Source: Betaproteobacteria bacterium Ga0074130 (lineage in GTDB: Bacteria; Pseudomonadota; Gammaproteobacteria; Burkholderiales; Rhodocyclaceae). From it: 64,000 nt of DNA. Positions 31,040-42,278 of this stretch are shown here, piece after piece. Location: contig LNDZ01000029.1 in the NCBI GenBank assembly GCA_001464495.1, forward strand, positions 15,455 to 79,454, read 5' to 3'. A program made the position numbers and the translations under genes. Below the pieces are notes generated by a model that saw only the letters and a list, made by a program, of their open reading frames with translations, was not told where the DNA came from and did not search any database. The number at the start of each line of letters is the position of its first letter. Position 1 is the stretch's first letter.

Positions 31040-31864
31040 ATGAGCAGCATCAAGATGAAGGACGGCACGCATATCCACTACAAAGACTGGGGCAACGGCC
31101 CGGTGGTGATCTTCAGCCACGGCTGGCCGCTCAATGCAGACAGCTGGGAATCGCAGATGTTTCATCTCGCGTCCAACGGCTATCGCTGCATTGCCCATGA
31201 TCGACGTGGGCATGGTCGCTCTGACCAGCCTTGGCACGGCAATGACATGGATACCTATGCAGACGATCTAGCCTGCATCATCGACACGCTGGGCGTTGAT
31301 AAGGTCATCCTTGTTGGCTTCTCAGCTGGTGGTGGCGAGGTCGCTCGCTATGTCGGTCGCCACGGCACACGACACGTCAGCAAGATTGTGCTGATCGCCT
31401 CCGTCCCACCCCTGATGCTGCGCACGCCAGACAACCCAGAGGGTCTGCCACGTGAGCGCTATGACGGTAATCGTCTCGCCACCCTCACCGATCGCTCACA
31501 GCTGTACCGCGACATTGCCAGCGGCCCGTTCTATGGCGCCGATCAGGAAGGTGCGGAGGTTTCACAAGGCATGATCGATGCCTTCTGGCGGCAGGGCATG
31601 CAAGCCGGTTTGAAGAACACGTATGACTGCATCGCCGCGTTTTCGGAAACCAACTTCACAGAAGACCTGAAGAAGTTTGATGTCCCAACCCTGCTGATCC
31701 ATGGCGACTTCGATCAGATTGTGCCCATCAGCACCTCATCACAACGGGCAGCCAAGCTGATCCCGAACGCGACCCTGATGGTCTATCCCGGCGGGCCGCA
31801 TGGCTTACTGGAGACGCACAAGACGCAGCTCAATCACGACCTGCTGACCTTCATCCAGCTTTAG
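31040..31864 (+). CDS. Alpha/beta hydrolase (non-haem haloperoxidase/arylesterase-like)
   Basis: The N-terminus reads [24 protein letters not shown]. The nucleophile elbow is GFSAGG, and HGDFDQIVP and PHGL lie near the C-terminus. A GGAGA RBS lies upstream of the ATG at 31040. Confidence 0.7.
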   Translation: MSSIKMKDGTHIHYKDWGNGPVVIFSHGWPLNADSWESQMFHLASNGYRCIAHDRRGHGRSDQPWHGNDMDTYADDLACIIDTLGVDKVILVGFSAGGGEVARYVGRHGTRHVSKIVLIASVPPLMLRTPDNPEGLPRERYDGNRLATLTDRSQLYRDIASGPFYGADQEGAEVSQGMIDAFWRQGMQAGLKNTYDCIAAFSETNFTEDLKKFDVPTLLIHGDFDQIVPISTSSQRAAKLIPNATLMVYPGGPHGLLETHKTQLNHDLLTFIQL

Positions 31865-31871
31865 GAAGGCA

Positions 31872-32339
31872 TCAGAAGCCTGGCTGCAGGGGCATCGCCA
31901 TCTTTTCCAGCGGACGCAGTTGGGCCCGAACCTCGCCGCTGGGGTAAGCCGCGCTACGTACATTTACATAGAGCAAGCCGGCTTGGTAGCGCTTGAACTG
32001 GCTGGAGTTCAGTCGGGCGGCATCGGGGACAGCAAAGGTTTCGCTGCTCGTCTGCGTCAACGTAATGATGACTGGGCCGTTCTTGTCTATGGGCGCCTCA
32101 TGGATGTGCGCTGCGGTGGGTACAAAGCCAGCGATCTTGATAGTGCCGCTGATCGTGCCATCGAGCATGACCGTGAAGAGCCCCGCACCACTTGCAGAGG
32201 TAATGACGGGTGGAACTTCAGCACTGCCTTTTAGCGCCACAGGCACAGGCTGCTGTGCCTGCAGGCCACAGGACAGGGTGAGCAGCACGATAGCGGCTAG
32301 GCTTGAACGGCGTTGGGGGGTAGGGAAAGCATGATGCAT
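31872..32339 (-). CDS. Secreted CHRD-domain protein
   Basis: It has a signal-peptide-like N-terminus (SLAAIVLLTLSCGLQAQQ). The CHRD-like pattern is L.G..EVPPV.TSASG....AAHIHEA....NGPV....YVNVRSAAYPSGEVRAQL. An AGGAGG RBS precedes the internal ATG at 32339. Confidence 0.6.
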   Translation of the reverse strand: MHHAFPTPQRRSSLAAIVLLTLSCGLQAQQPVPVALKGSAEVPPVITSASGAGLFTVMLDGTISGTIKIAGFVPTAAHIHEAPIDKNGPVIITLTQTSSETFAVPDAARLNSSQFKRYQAGLLYVNVRSAAYPSGEVRAQLRPLEKMAMPLQPGF

Positions 32340-32524
32340 GGCAACCTCCTGCGAGAACGTGCGGTTATCTGCACGCAACCTGCCGGCAGGATGGGCCAAC
32401 AATGCGCTTTCTTGTGCAATGAACTCAGTTCGCTAGCGCACACAGTTTCCACTTCAGCGCGGCGCTGTACGGGATCCCGAAGCGGGAAATGACCGAAACC
32501 CCAGCCCGACGGGGCCTGGTTTCA

Positions 32525-32569
32525 CATCAAAAATCCTGATATAACATCTGTTTACATGGATTTTTGATG
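32525..32569. promoter_or_regulatory. Perfect 12-bp inverted repeat (catcaaaaatcc-N21-ggatttttgatg) upstream of a small ORF
   Basis: I read this directly from the sequence. The arms are 32525-32536 and 32558-32569, with an AT-rich 21-nt spacer. It is a candidate operator or an RNA stem in the leader of the 32624 ORF. Confidence 0.4.
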
Positions 32570-32623
32570 AAATTACGTCAACTTCTTGGTGGGACGGTCG
32601 TTATTCGCTACAGGAGGTTCATC

Positions 32624-32755
32624 ATGAACTCGAAACAAAGCCAGCAATCGCAACAATCTGCCGCTCTCCCTACTGGGCAATCTGCCCCAGTGAAGCAGCC
32701 GGTCCCAGCCTCGAACGACGAAGTCCATCAAGTCGCACTGCTCGGCTACAACTGA
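32624..32755 (+). CDS. Small hypothetical protein (43 aa, Gln/Ser/Pro-rich)
   Basis: A consensus AGGAGG (32612-32617) lies 6 nt before the ATG at 32624. The product is MNSKQSQQSQQSAALPTGQSAPVKQPVPASNDEVHQVALLGYN. A hairpin follows at 32767-32788. I recognise no family. Confidence 0.4.
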   Translation: MNSKQSQQSQQSAALPTGQSAPVKQPVPASNDEVHQVALLGYN

Positions 32756-32766
32756 GCCAGCCAGTC

Positions 32767-32788
32767 GCCCAGGGCAAGCACCCTGGGC
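32767..32788. terminator. Hairpin between the convergent small ORF and the hypothetical gene
   Basis: The sequence is gcccaggg-caagca-ccctgggc (8-bp stem). There is no U-tract on either side. Confidence 0.35.
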
Positions 32789-32801
32789 CGAGGTCGCAGC
32801 C

Positions 32802-33389
32802 TTAGCCTGCGTCGCCCCCTGACACGTAGTTTTTTTCGCCATGCAGGTAGCGCGCCAGCCACTCCAGCAGGGCAATAGCATCGCCGAAGGTCATAAAGCC
32901 TTCGCGCCCGGCATCTGCAAACAGCGCCTTGCCGTCCAGCGATGCATTGATCACTAGACCATCAAACGCAGCCACAGGCATGTGGCCGGGCGCGATGCGG
33001 AAGGTATTGGCATTGAGAATGGCATCCACGGCCCGCCCCAGAAACTGAATCTCCGGCGTGCGCATTGATGCCATGTCGTGCTCTCTCAAAAACAAGCCCA
33101 CTGCCAGTAGGGCGTTGCTCACGATCACGCGCAAACACTCTGCCTTTTCGTAAGGCAGTGCGGGCAAGGCGTCATCGCTGGACTCTTCCGCAACGATATT
33201 GCCGCCAGAGCCTGTCTTGACGACCTGCAGCTTGCGCTCAAACAGCTGCCCGGTCATGCGCTGCAGAGCGGCATCACCATTATCAAAAGCTCTTGAAACC
33301 GCCAGTAGCGTAACTGGCAGGCTACGTACTTGTGCTGCAATCAGATTTGCTGCGAGAACAGATGCCTTTTCGCCGTGCGTTTTGCTCAT
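32802..33389 (-). CDS. Hypothetical protein (195 aa)
   Basis: An internal ATG at 33389 in ORF 32802..33491 is preceded by GAGGAG. The product is MSKTHGEKASVLAANLIAAQ.... I see no recognisable motif, signal peptide or TM segment. Confidence 0.5.
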   Translation of the reverse strand: MSKTHGEKASVLAANLIAAQVRSLPVTLLAVSRAFDNGDAALQRMTGQLFERKLQVVKTGSGGNIVAEESSDDALPALPYEKAECLRVIVSNALLAVGLFLREHDMASMRTPEIQFLGRAVDAILNANTFRIAPGHMPVAAFDGLVINASLDGKALFADAGREGFMTFGDAIALLEWLARYLHGEKNYVSGGDAG

Positions 33390-33573
33390 GTCACACTCCT
33401 CTGTCGTCAGATAAGCGCTAGCCCCACAGAATACGGGCTGGCTCGTGCGCTGTTTGCAAGCAGTAGCGTTCGCTGCGCTACCCGGTTTCATTATGGGTGG
33501 CAGCGGACGAAAAGGCGAATCAAGTCTGCGCCTGACGGCCTCTCATCATGTGTTGCGTCTGCACTGGCGGGAC

Positions 33574-34386
33574 TCAAAAGCTGATGGCATAACCACCATA
33601 GATCAGCGGCTGATTGCGCGTTTCCACGATGGGGCTGTTGGCTTGCGCATCGCTCAAGCGAGTGACCATGGCACCAAACAGCAACGCATTCTTTGGCCCC
33701 AGTGGATAGAAGCCATTGATGCCAAGCTGTGTCTGGACCCCGGCGCCTGCTTGGTATGCGGGCCGCCCTGCACGCCCTTCTGTCGGTGCCACGCCAAAGT
33801 AGTAGTTATTCATCTTTTGGTCATTCCAAGTTGCACCAACCAGACCGTTGATGCGCAGACCGGGCCCGCGTATAAGGGCGCGTACAAACTGCAATTGCGC
33901 GGTTTGTCCGTTACTTGCACCGCCGGCATCGACCGCCCAACTCGCATTAAAGGTACCCACGTCAGTCTGCCAACGCAGCGCAGGGCCAATATCCAAAGAG
34001 GTGTCTCTGTCTTGCATCCCACGAGTCCGGCTGCCATCAGCCGCATCCCAACCAAAACGAACATCTGCTGCGAGCCCGAAGCGCAACCGTTTATCAGCCG
34101 AGTCGGCCAGCCAAACGCCGCCACGCAGGGCGTTGATATAAAAACGATCACCGAAATTGGCCTGAATAACTGGCAGCACCATCGTTTTCGTATCTTTTGC
34201 GCCGGCAGTTTCCGGCATCATCGCAACGCCGATGCCGTATAGATTGCCGCCCTGCTTTGGAATAGCGGCTTCGGTTTGCGCATCGCGGGCAATCACACCT
34301 GATGCTGCGAGTAAGGCGCTCGAAACTAGCGCGGTGCGGACGAGCGTATTAGCTACGTTATGGGTGCGAGTTAGTCTGTTTTTCAT
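33574..34386 (-). CDS. mipA: MipA/OmpV-family outer-membrane protein
   Basis: It has a signal-peptide-like N-terminus and an alternating beta-strand pattern rich in G, Y, W and D. The C-terminus ...GGYAISF ends in Phe, typical of OM beta-barrels. Confidence 0.6.
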   Translation of the reverse strand: MKNRLTRTHNVANTLVRTALVSSALLAASGVIARDAQTEAAIPKQGGNLYGIGVAMMPETAGAKDTKTMVLPVIQANFGDRFYINALRGGVWLADSADKRLRFGLAADVRFGWDAADGSRTRGMQDRDTSLDIGPALRWQTDVGTFNASWAVDAGGASNGQTAQLQFVRALIRGPGLRINGLVGATWNDQKMNNYYFGVAPTEGRAGRPAYQAGAGVQTQLGINGFYPLGPKNALLFGAMVTRLSDAQANSPIVETRNQPLIYGGYAISF

Positions 34387-34545
34387 GATGGCTCCAGTGT
34401 CGACACTGTTACCTCTGATCGGTACCCGCTGGAAAAAGTTGCAAGCCCACTCGGAAAGTTTCTAACTTGAATGCAGGGGGATCAGGCCATGCTGTGTGCT
34501 GAGTTTCATCCATAATGACTGCACTTATTTGAAGGGGCGCGCACT

Positions 34546-35181
34546 GTGCTGACCATCGCTGCACTCACACTCAAGAAAACCATCACCCTGTTTGCGCTGG
34601 TTGGGCCGATTGGCGTGATTCCGATTTTTCTTGCTGCGGTCGAAGATCACGATCAGCGTGGCAAGGCACGCTTTGCGCGCACCATCGGCCTCAGCGTGAC
34701 GATCGCTCTTCTGATCGCCGCCTTTCTGGGGATGCCCTTGCTCGATGTGTTGGGCGTATCGCTCGGCGCGATGCAGGTGGGTGGGGGTGTCATCGTGCTG
34801 CTGCTAGCCATCGCCATGGTGCTGGGTCAGGAAACCAGTTTCAAGGGCATGCCTCCGCTAGCAAAGGCGGGCGAGGCGCGTGAAGCCTCGATCATTCCGC
34901 TTGCCGTACCCTTGCTCGCCGGCCCTGCCGCCTTCAGCTATGTCATGGGTAGCAGCCAGTGGCGGAGTTGTGCCGACCTGATCCACGTCATCCTGCCCAT
35001 CGTGATTGTGGGTGTGGCGTGCTGGGTTATTTTCCAATCCGCCAGTCGCGCGGGCAAAAGTCTGCGCCGCTCGACGCTGAACTTGGTCGAGCGCGTCGGC
35101 GGCTTTATCCTCGCAGCCATGGCGATTGAGATGATGGCGGCTGGGTTGCGCGGACTGTTCCCGGTCCTGCTTGGCGAATAA
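34546..35181 (+). CDS. marC: MarC-family (UPF0056) integral membrane protein
   Basis: The 211-aa protein has about 6 TM segments. It has an N-terminal FALVGPIGVIPIFL and a C-terminal VERVGGFILAAMAIEM, typical of the MarC family. Confidence 0.65.
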   Translation: MLTIAALTLKKTITLFALVGPIGVIPIFLAAVEDHDQRGKARFARTIGLSVTIALLIAAFLGMPLLDVLGVSLGAMQVGGGVIVLLLAIAMVLGQETSFKGMPPLAKAGEAREASIIPLAVPLLAGPAAFSYVMGSSQWRSCADLIHVILPIVIVGVACWVIFQSASRAGKSLRRSTLNLVERVGGFILAAMAIEMMAAGLRGLFPVLLGE

Positions 35182-35311
35182 GGTTTTTATCGGGCGGGCG
35201 GTCACCCAAGTCTTCAACATCCGCCTAGCTGCCCAAGGCCCACTGCTGCCGTTTGCAGTTGATAGGGGCTTTGTCGCACAATGTGTGCCCACAATTTTCG
35301 TGAGCTAAGAC

Positions 35312-35494
35312 ATGAGCAAAGCACTGTCATTTAAGGTTGAGCCAGAAGACGATATCTTCGTGGCGCAATGTCTGGACATCGACATTTCCAGCGATGGGCT
35401 CACCCGTGAAGAAGCCATCGCGAACCTGCAGGAAGCCATGACCCTGCACTTCGACTTTGTCGACTTTGAGCTGATTGAGGTTAAGCCGCAGTAA
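35312..35494 (+). CDS. HicB-like/UPF0150-family small protein (60 aa), no adjacent HicA
   Basis: The product is MSKALSFKVEPEDDIFVAQCLDIDISSDGLTREEAIANLQEAMTLHFD.... This matches the RNase-H-like partial fold pattern of short HicB antitoxins (...V.A.CL....S.G.T.EEA..NL.EA...). Confidence 0.5.
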   Translation: MSKALSFKVEPEDDIFVAQCLDIDISSDGLTREEAIANLQEAMTLHFDFVDFELIEVKPQ

Positions 35495-35527
35495 GCACCG
35501 TTAAGGCGGGCAGATCAAGGCGCAGCC

Positions 35528-36535
35528 TCAGCTTGCTTCGCCATCCGCATCTGCGCCCGACCCCACGGCTGCGCGCCCCAGTCGATCGGTAACCGCGCGC
35601 CATTCCGGCGACTGCGGTGGCTGCTCAACAAGGATGAGGTCAACACCCGCCGCATCCAGCAAACGCAAATTGGCGTAGAGATCGTGGGCGTAGTGTGCTG
35701 CGCTGTGCGCGGCAGCAAACCAAAGCACCGCGGGATGCCGCAAGGGCGATACGCTAAAGGCCAGCACCGCGATGGTCTGCCCCTTGAAGACACACGCATC
35801 GACTTGTTTCAGCAACGCATCACTTGCAATCAACTGCAGCGGGGTACGTGGCGCATAGTGAGCGGCAAGTGCACCTGATACGCGGGGCGCCGCTGCGGCC
35901 GCTACAGGGGCTTGGGGCGTATGGTCGGTGCCTGCGACAGTCGCCGCGATCTCCTCCTCCGTAATAGCACCAGGACGCAGCACCACCGGCGCGCCACGCG
36001 ACAGATCCACAATGGTGGACTCAATACCAACGGCGCATTCACCACCATCGAGAATGATCGCCACATCCTTACCCAAGTCGCTCTTTACATGCGCAGCCTT
36101 GGTCGGGCTGATACGCCCAAACTTGTTGGCTGATGGGGCGGCGACAGCGCCGCTGCCGAGCTTGGCAAACTCGGCGAGCAGGCTCAACGCCATGGGGTGA
36201 TTGGGGATGCGGATGCCAACCGTATCTTGCCCACCCGTCACGGCATCGGGTACGCCCGGCTGACGCTTGAGAATTAGGGTGAGCGGACCGGGCCAGTACT
36301 TCGCAGCCAGCGCATATGCTGCGGGCGGAATATCACGCGCCCAGCGCTCGAGCTGCGCCACATCGCCAATGTGTACGATTAGCGGATGGTCGGCTGGGCG
36401 GCCCTTGGCCGCAAAAATTTTGGCAACCGCAGCAGGATTGCTGGCATCGGCCGCCAACCCATAAACAGTTTCGGTGGGCATGGCGACCAATTCACCGGCA
36501 GCGAGGTGTTGCGCGGCTTGCTGAATGTCGCTCAT
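35528..36535 (-). CDS. tsaC: L-threonylcarbamoyladenylate synthase (Sua5/TsaC long form)
   Basis: The YrdC-domain motifs are VAMPTETVYGLAADA, KGRPADHPLIVH and PSANKFGRISPT. A C-terminal Sua5-type extension is present (335 aa). Confidence 0.8.
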   Translation of the reverse strand: MSDIQQAAQHLAAGELVAMPTETVYGLAADASNPAAVAKIFAAKGRPADHPLIVHIGDVAQLERWARDIPPAAYALAAKYWPGPLTLILKRQPGVPDAVTGGQDTVGIRIPNHPMALSLLAEFAKLGSGAVAAPSANKFGRISPTKAAHVKSDLGKDVAIILDGGECAVGIESTIVDLSRGAPVVLRPGAITEEEIAATVAGTDHTPQAPVAAAAAPRVSGALAAHYAPRTPLQLIASDALLKQVDACVFKGQTIAVLAFSVSPLRHPAVLWFAAAHSAAHYAHDLYANLRLLDAAGVDLILVEQPPQSPEWRAVTDRLGRAAVGSGADADGEAS

Positions 36536-36549
36536 GGTGCAGTGGGGAT

Positions 36550-37755
36550 TTATTCCCGGCCCTTGCTTGCGGGCGCTTCCTCGTCGGCAATGCCGATGGC
36601 AGCGCGTGCGGTGAGCGCAGCAGCGCGAACTTCAGCGGGGTTGCTACCGATCACCGTGAAATGCCCCATCTTTCGGCCAGCACGCGCATGGTGCTTACCG
36701 TAGAGATGCTGCTTCAGATTGGGCACGGTGAATAGTTCGTTCCAGTTTGGCTCTTTGGAATGGTGCTTATCATCTAGATACCAAAGGTCGCCAAGCAGAT
36801 TCACCATGACGGCAGCGCTATGCGCACGTGCATCGCCAAGCGGCAAGCCACACAGGGCGCGCACTTGTTGCTCGAATTGATTGGTGACGCACGCATCAAT
36901 GGTGTAATGGCCGCTGTTGTGTGGGCGTGGTGCCATTTCGTTGGCGTACAACTCGCCACCCACGACAAAGAACTCAACGCCGAGCACACCGACGTAGTGC
37001 ATCTTCTCGGCAATCTGCGCGGCCAGAATTTCAGCTTGCTGAATCAGCGCCTCCGAGCCGGTAGCCGGCACAGCGGACACATCCAGGATGCCGTTGGTAT
37101 GGAGATTTTCGGCCGGCGGGAAGCAGGCAATACGGCCATCCTGACCCCGCGCCAGCACCACCGAGACTTCGTAATCCAGCGCCAGCATTTTTTCCAGCAC
37201 GCAGGTCTCGCCCTTAAAGGACTGAAAGGCAGCCCTTGCTTCGGCAGCGTTCTTTACGCGCGCTTGGCCTTTGCCGTCGTAACCGAAACGCACCACCTTG
37301 AGGATGCCGGGGAAGAGCGTATCTGGGGCCGCATTGATATCGGCTTCACTATGCACCTCGGCAAATGGCGCATGAGGAATGTGGTGATCACGGAGGAAGG
37401 TTTTTTCCTTGATGCGGTTCTGTGCAATCGACACACAGCTGGCATCCGGGCGCACCGGGACAAACTTGGACAGATAGGCCAGTGTATCGGCTGGCACGTT
37501 CTCGAATTCAGTCGTGACCGCAGCACACGTCTGCGACAGGACATCTAGCGCATTCTGATCGCTGTACTCAGCAACGATATGTTGATCGGCAATGGCGCCG
37601 GCCGGGCTGTTCAGATCCGGATCAAGCACTGCCACCTTGTAGCCCATTTCATGGGCAGCAACGACAAAGAAGCGGCCAAGCTGGCCACCGCCAAGCATGC
37701 CAAGCGTAGCAGGCGGCAGAATCGGGGCTGGGTTCTTCGATGTTTTCTGGCTCAT
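36550..37755 (-). CDS. purK: 5-(carboxyamino)imidazole ribonucleotide synthase (PurK)
   Basis: It has an ATP-grasp fold, with [13 protein letters not shown] at the N-terminus and [11 protein letters not shown]. It overlaps the purE stop. Confidence 0.85.
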   Translation of the reverse strand: MSQKTSKNPAPILPPATLGMLGGGQLGRFFVVAAHEMGYKVAVLDPDLNSPAGAIADQHIVAEYSDQNALDVLSQTCAAVTTEFENVPADTLAYLSKFVPVRPDASCVSIAQNRIKEKTFLRDHHIPHAPFAEVHSEADINAAPDTLFPGILKVVRFGYDGKGQARVKNAAEARAAFQSFKGETCVLEKMLALDYEVSVVLARGQDGRIACFPPAENLHTNGILDVSAVPATGSEALIQQAEILAAQIAEKMHYVGVLGVEFFVVGGELYANEMAPRPHNSGHYTIDACVTNQFEQQVRALCGLPLGDARAHSAAVMVNLLGDLWYLDDKHHSKEPNWNELFTVPNLKQHLYGKHHARAGRKMGHFTVIGSNPAEVRAAALTARAAIGIADEEAPASKGRE

Positions 37756-38282
37756 TTGCTTTCCGCTTCATCCAGCTTAAGGGTCATGGCCAGCACCTTT
37801 TCGCTTTGCAGGGTGCGGAAGCCTTGCAGTTGTTCGGCCAGACGGGCATCGCTGTTGGCCAGCATGGCTACGGCAAACAGGCCGGCATTGGCGGCACCGG
37901 CTTCACCGATGGCAAAGGTAGCAACCGGAATACCCTTAGGCATTTGCACGATGGAATAGAGCGAGTCCTGGCCGGACAAGTGCTTCGACGGCACCGGCAC
38001 CCCCAGAATCGGCACGATGGTCTTGGCGGCGAGCATGCCCGGCAGATGGGCAGCACCGCCCGCACCGGCGATGATGGCCTTTAGACCACGCGACCGTGCA
38101 GCCTCGGCATACTCATAAAGCAGATCAGGGGTGCGGTGGGCAGAAACGACCTTGGCTTCGAAGGGGACACCGAAGTCGCGCAGCACCTTGGCGGCCGCTT
38201 GCATGACGGGCCAGTCCGAGTCGGAGCCCATCACGATGCCGATTACAGGCTGGCTGTTTTGATTCTTGTCAGTCATGGTCAT
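37752..38282 (-). CDS. purE: N5-carboxyaminoimidazole ribonucleotide mutase (PurE)
   Basis: The motifs are [22 protein letters not shown] and [10 protein letters not shown]. Confidence 0.9.
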   Translation of the reverse strand: MTMTDKNQNSQPVIGIVMGSDSDWPVMQAAAKVLRDFGVPFEAKVVSAHRTPDLLYEYAEAARSRGLKAIIAGAGGAAHLPGMLAAKTIVPILGVPVPSKHLSGQDSLYSIVQMPKGIPVATFAIGEAGAANAGLFAVAMLANSDARLAEQLQGFRTLQSEKVLAMTLKLDEAESK

Positions 38283-39133
38283 TCCTCGGCAGCGCGTTCG
38301 GCTGCTTCCAGTGTGTTTGCCAAGAGCATGGTAATTGTCATCGGGCCGACACCGCCGGGCACCGGGCTGATGGCGCCTGCTACGGCCTGCGCCGAATCAA
38401 AATCTACGTCGCCGCACAGCTTGCCGTCTTCGGTGCGGTTGATACCCACATCAATCACCACAGCGCCCGGCTTGATCATGTCGCCGGTAATCATGCGCGG
38501 ACGGCCCACTGCTGCCACCAAAATATCAGCACGCTTGGTGTGGAAAGCCAGATCACGCGTTTGCGAGTGACACACAGTAACAGTTGCGCCGGCCGCCATC
38601 AGCAGCATGGCCATGGGCTTACCAACAATATTGCTGCGACCGACGATCACAGCCTCGGCACCGCGCAGCTGCACACCGGAAGATTCAAGCATTTTCATCA
38701 CGCCGTAGGGCGTGCAGGGGATAAAGCGCGGCTGGCCTTGCATAAGGGCGCCGACGTTTTCTGCATGGAAGCCATCGACATCCTTCTCAGCCGAAATGGC
38801 TTCGAGCACCAGCTCACTGTCGAAATGAACGGGTAGCGGCAGCTGGACCAGAATGCCGTGAATCGACGGATCACGATTCAGCTCATCGATTTTTGCCAGC
38901 ACGTCGGCCTGCGCCACATCGGCTGCATATTCAATCTTGCGCGAATGCATGCCAGCCTTTTCGCAGGCGGACACCTTGTTGCGCACATAGACAGCTGAGG
39001 CGGGATCGGCGCCAACCAGAATCACGGCAAGGCCGGGCGTCAGGCCTTGGGCCTTGAGTACGTTTACGCGTTCGGCCAGCGCACCGCGCAGGGATGCGGC
39101 CAGAGCGTTGCCATCAATCAAGCGAGCGGTCAT
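38279..39133 (-). CDS. folD: Bifunctional methylenetetrahydrofolate dehydrogenase/cyclohydrolase (FolD)
   Basis: The motifs are [41 protein letters not shown] and [10 protein letters not shown]. Confidence 0.9.
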   Translation of the reverse strand: MTARLIDGNALAASLRGALAERVNVLKAQGLTPGLAVILVGADPASAVYVRNKVSACEKAGMHSRKIEYAADVAQADVLAKIDELNRDPSIHGILVQLPLPVHFDSELVLEAISAEKDVDGFHAENVGALMQGQPRFIPCTPYGVMKMLESSGVQLRGAEAVIVGRSNIVGKPMAMLLMAAGATVTVCHSQTRDLAFHTKRADILVAAVGRPRMITGDMIKPGAVVIDVGINRTEDGKLCGDVDFDSAQAVAGAISPVPGGVGPMTITMLLANTLEAAERAAEE

Positions 39134-39277
39134 GAAAATGTCGGTATATATATGTGCAAAAAAACAAAACCCGCGACGGAAGTATTCCGGGCGCAGGTAA
39201 AACGCGATTATCTGACAAAGCCCCTGCTGCCGTCCAGCCCATGTTTAGCGGCTCAAACTGGGTCAAAAGCAAAGTTA

Positions 39278-39306
39278 TTGCACAATGTGAATTCTGTTTT
39301 TATAAT
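39278..39306 (+). promoter_or_regulatory. Sigma70-like promoter for the PDH operon (TTGCAC-17 nt-TATAAT)
   Basis: The -35 element ttgcac is at 39278-39283, the spacer is exactly 17 nt, and a perfect -10 tataat is at 39301-39306. This implies a leader of about 165 nt before the aceE ATG. The -10 is bracketed by an 8-bp inverted repeat, ttctgttt (39292-39299) and aaacagaa (39310-39317). Confidence 0.45.
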
Positions 39307-39477
39307 ACGAAACAGAAAAGCACCCTGAACCCACCAGTTCGGCTAAGCTTCGACCAAGAAAAACGAGGGGCGCTGCTACCACCCGACCCAGCCTACCCGC
39401 TGTGTCGGGCGTCGTTGTGCCTGCAAGCCTGCTTACCCGCGGGCTCCACACCACTCTCACAAGGAGGAGGAGACAGG

Positions 39478-42168
<2,691 letters not shown>

Positions 42169-42278
42169 CCTTCCCCCAACCCCCTTCCGGTGGAAGGGGG
42201 TGACTACGGTTCAGTTGCGCTGTGCGCAACTTCCCAAGATTCTCTACCGCAGGTCTGTCGCGGTGTTGTGGAGGCAGT

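Noticed and set aside
35275-35284. A shared 10-mer, GCACAATGTG, upstream of the HicB-like gene (about 35275) and in the aceE promoter (about 39280). It could be a common operator.
   Set aside because: A single repeated 10-mer in 64 kb on both strands is close to chance expectation (roughly 0.1 expected matches for any given 10-mer). I saw no third copy and no extended similarity.
35182-35311. A search for a HicA toxin gene or remnant upstream of the HicB-like ORF.
   Set aside because: All three forward frames contain only very short ORFs. The longest is 17 codons, with no HicA-like dsRBD motif. I cannot exclude a heavily degraded pseudogene without a profile search, so I report none.
39154-39477. 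The N-terminal 108-codon extension of the aceE ORF given in the ORF track (start 39154).
   Set aside because: The extension has no similarity to the E1 N-terminus. It contains the near-consensus promoter. The internal ATG at 39478 has an exceptionally strong SD and yields the canonical E1 N-terminus. The extension is therefore a non-coding leader.
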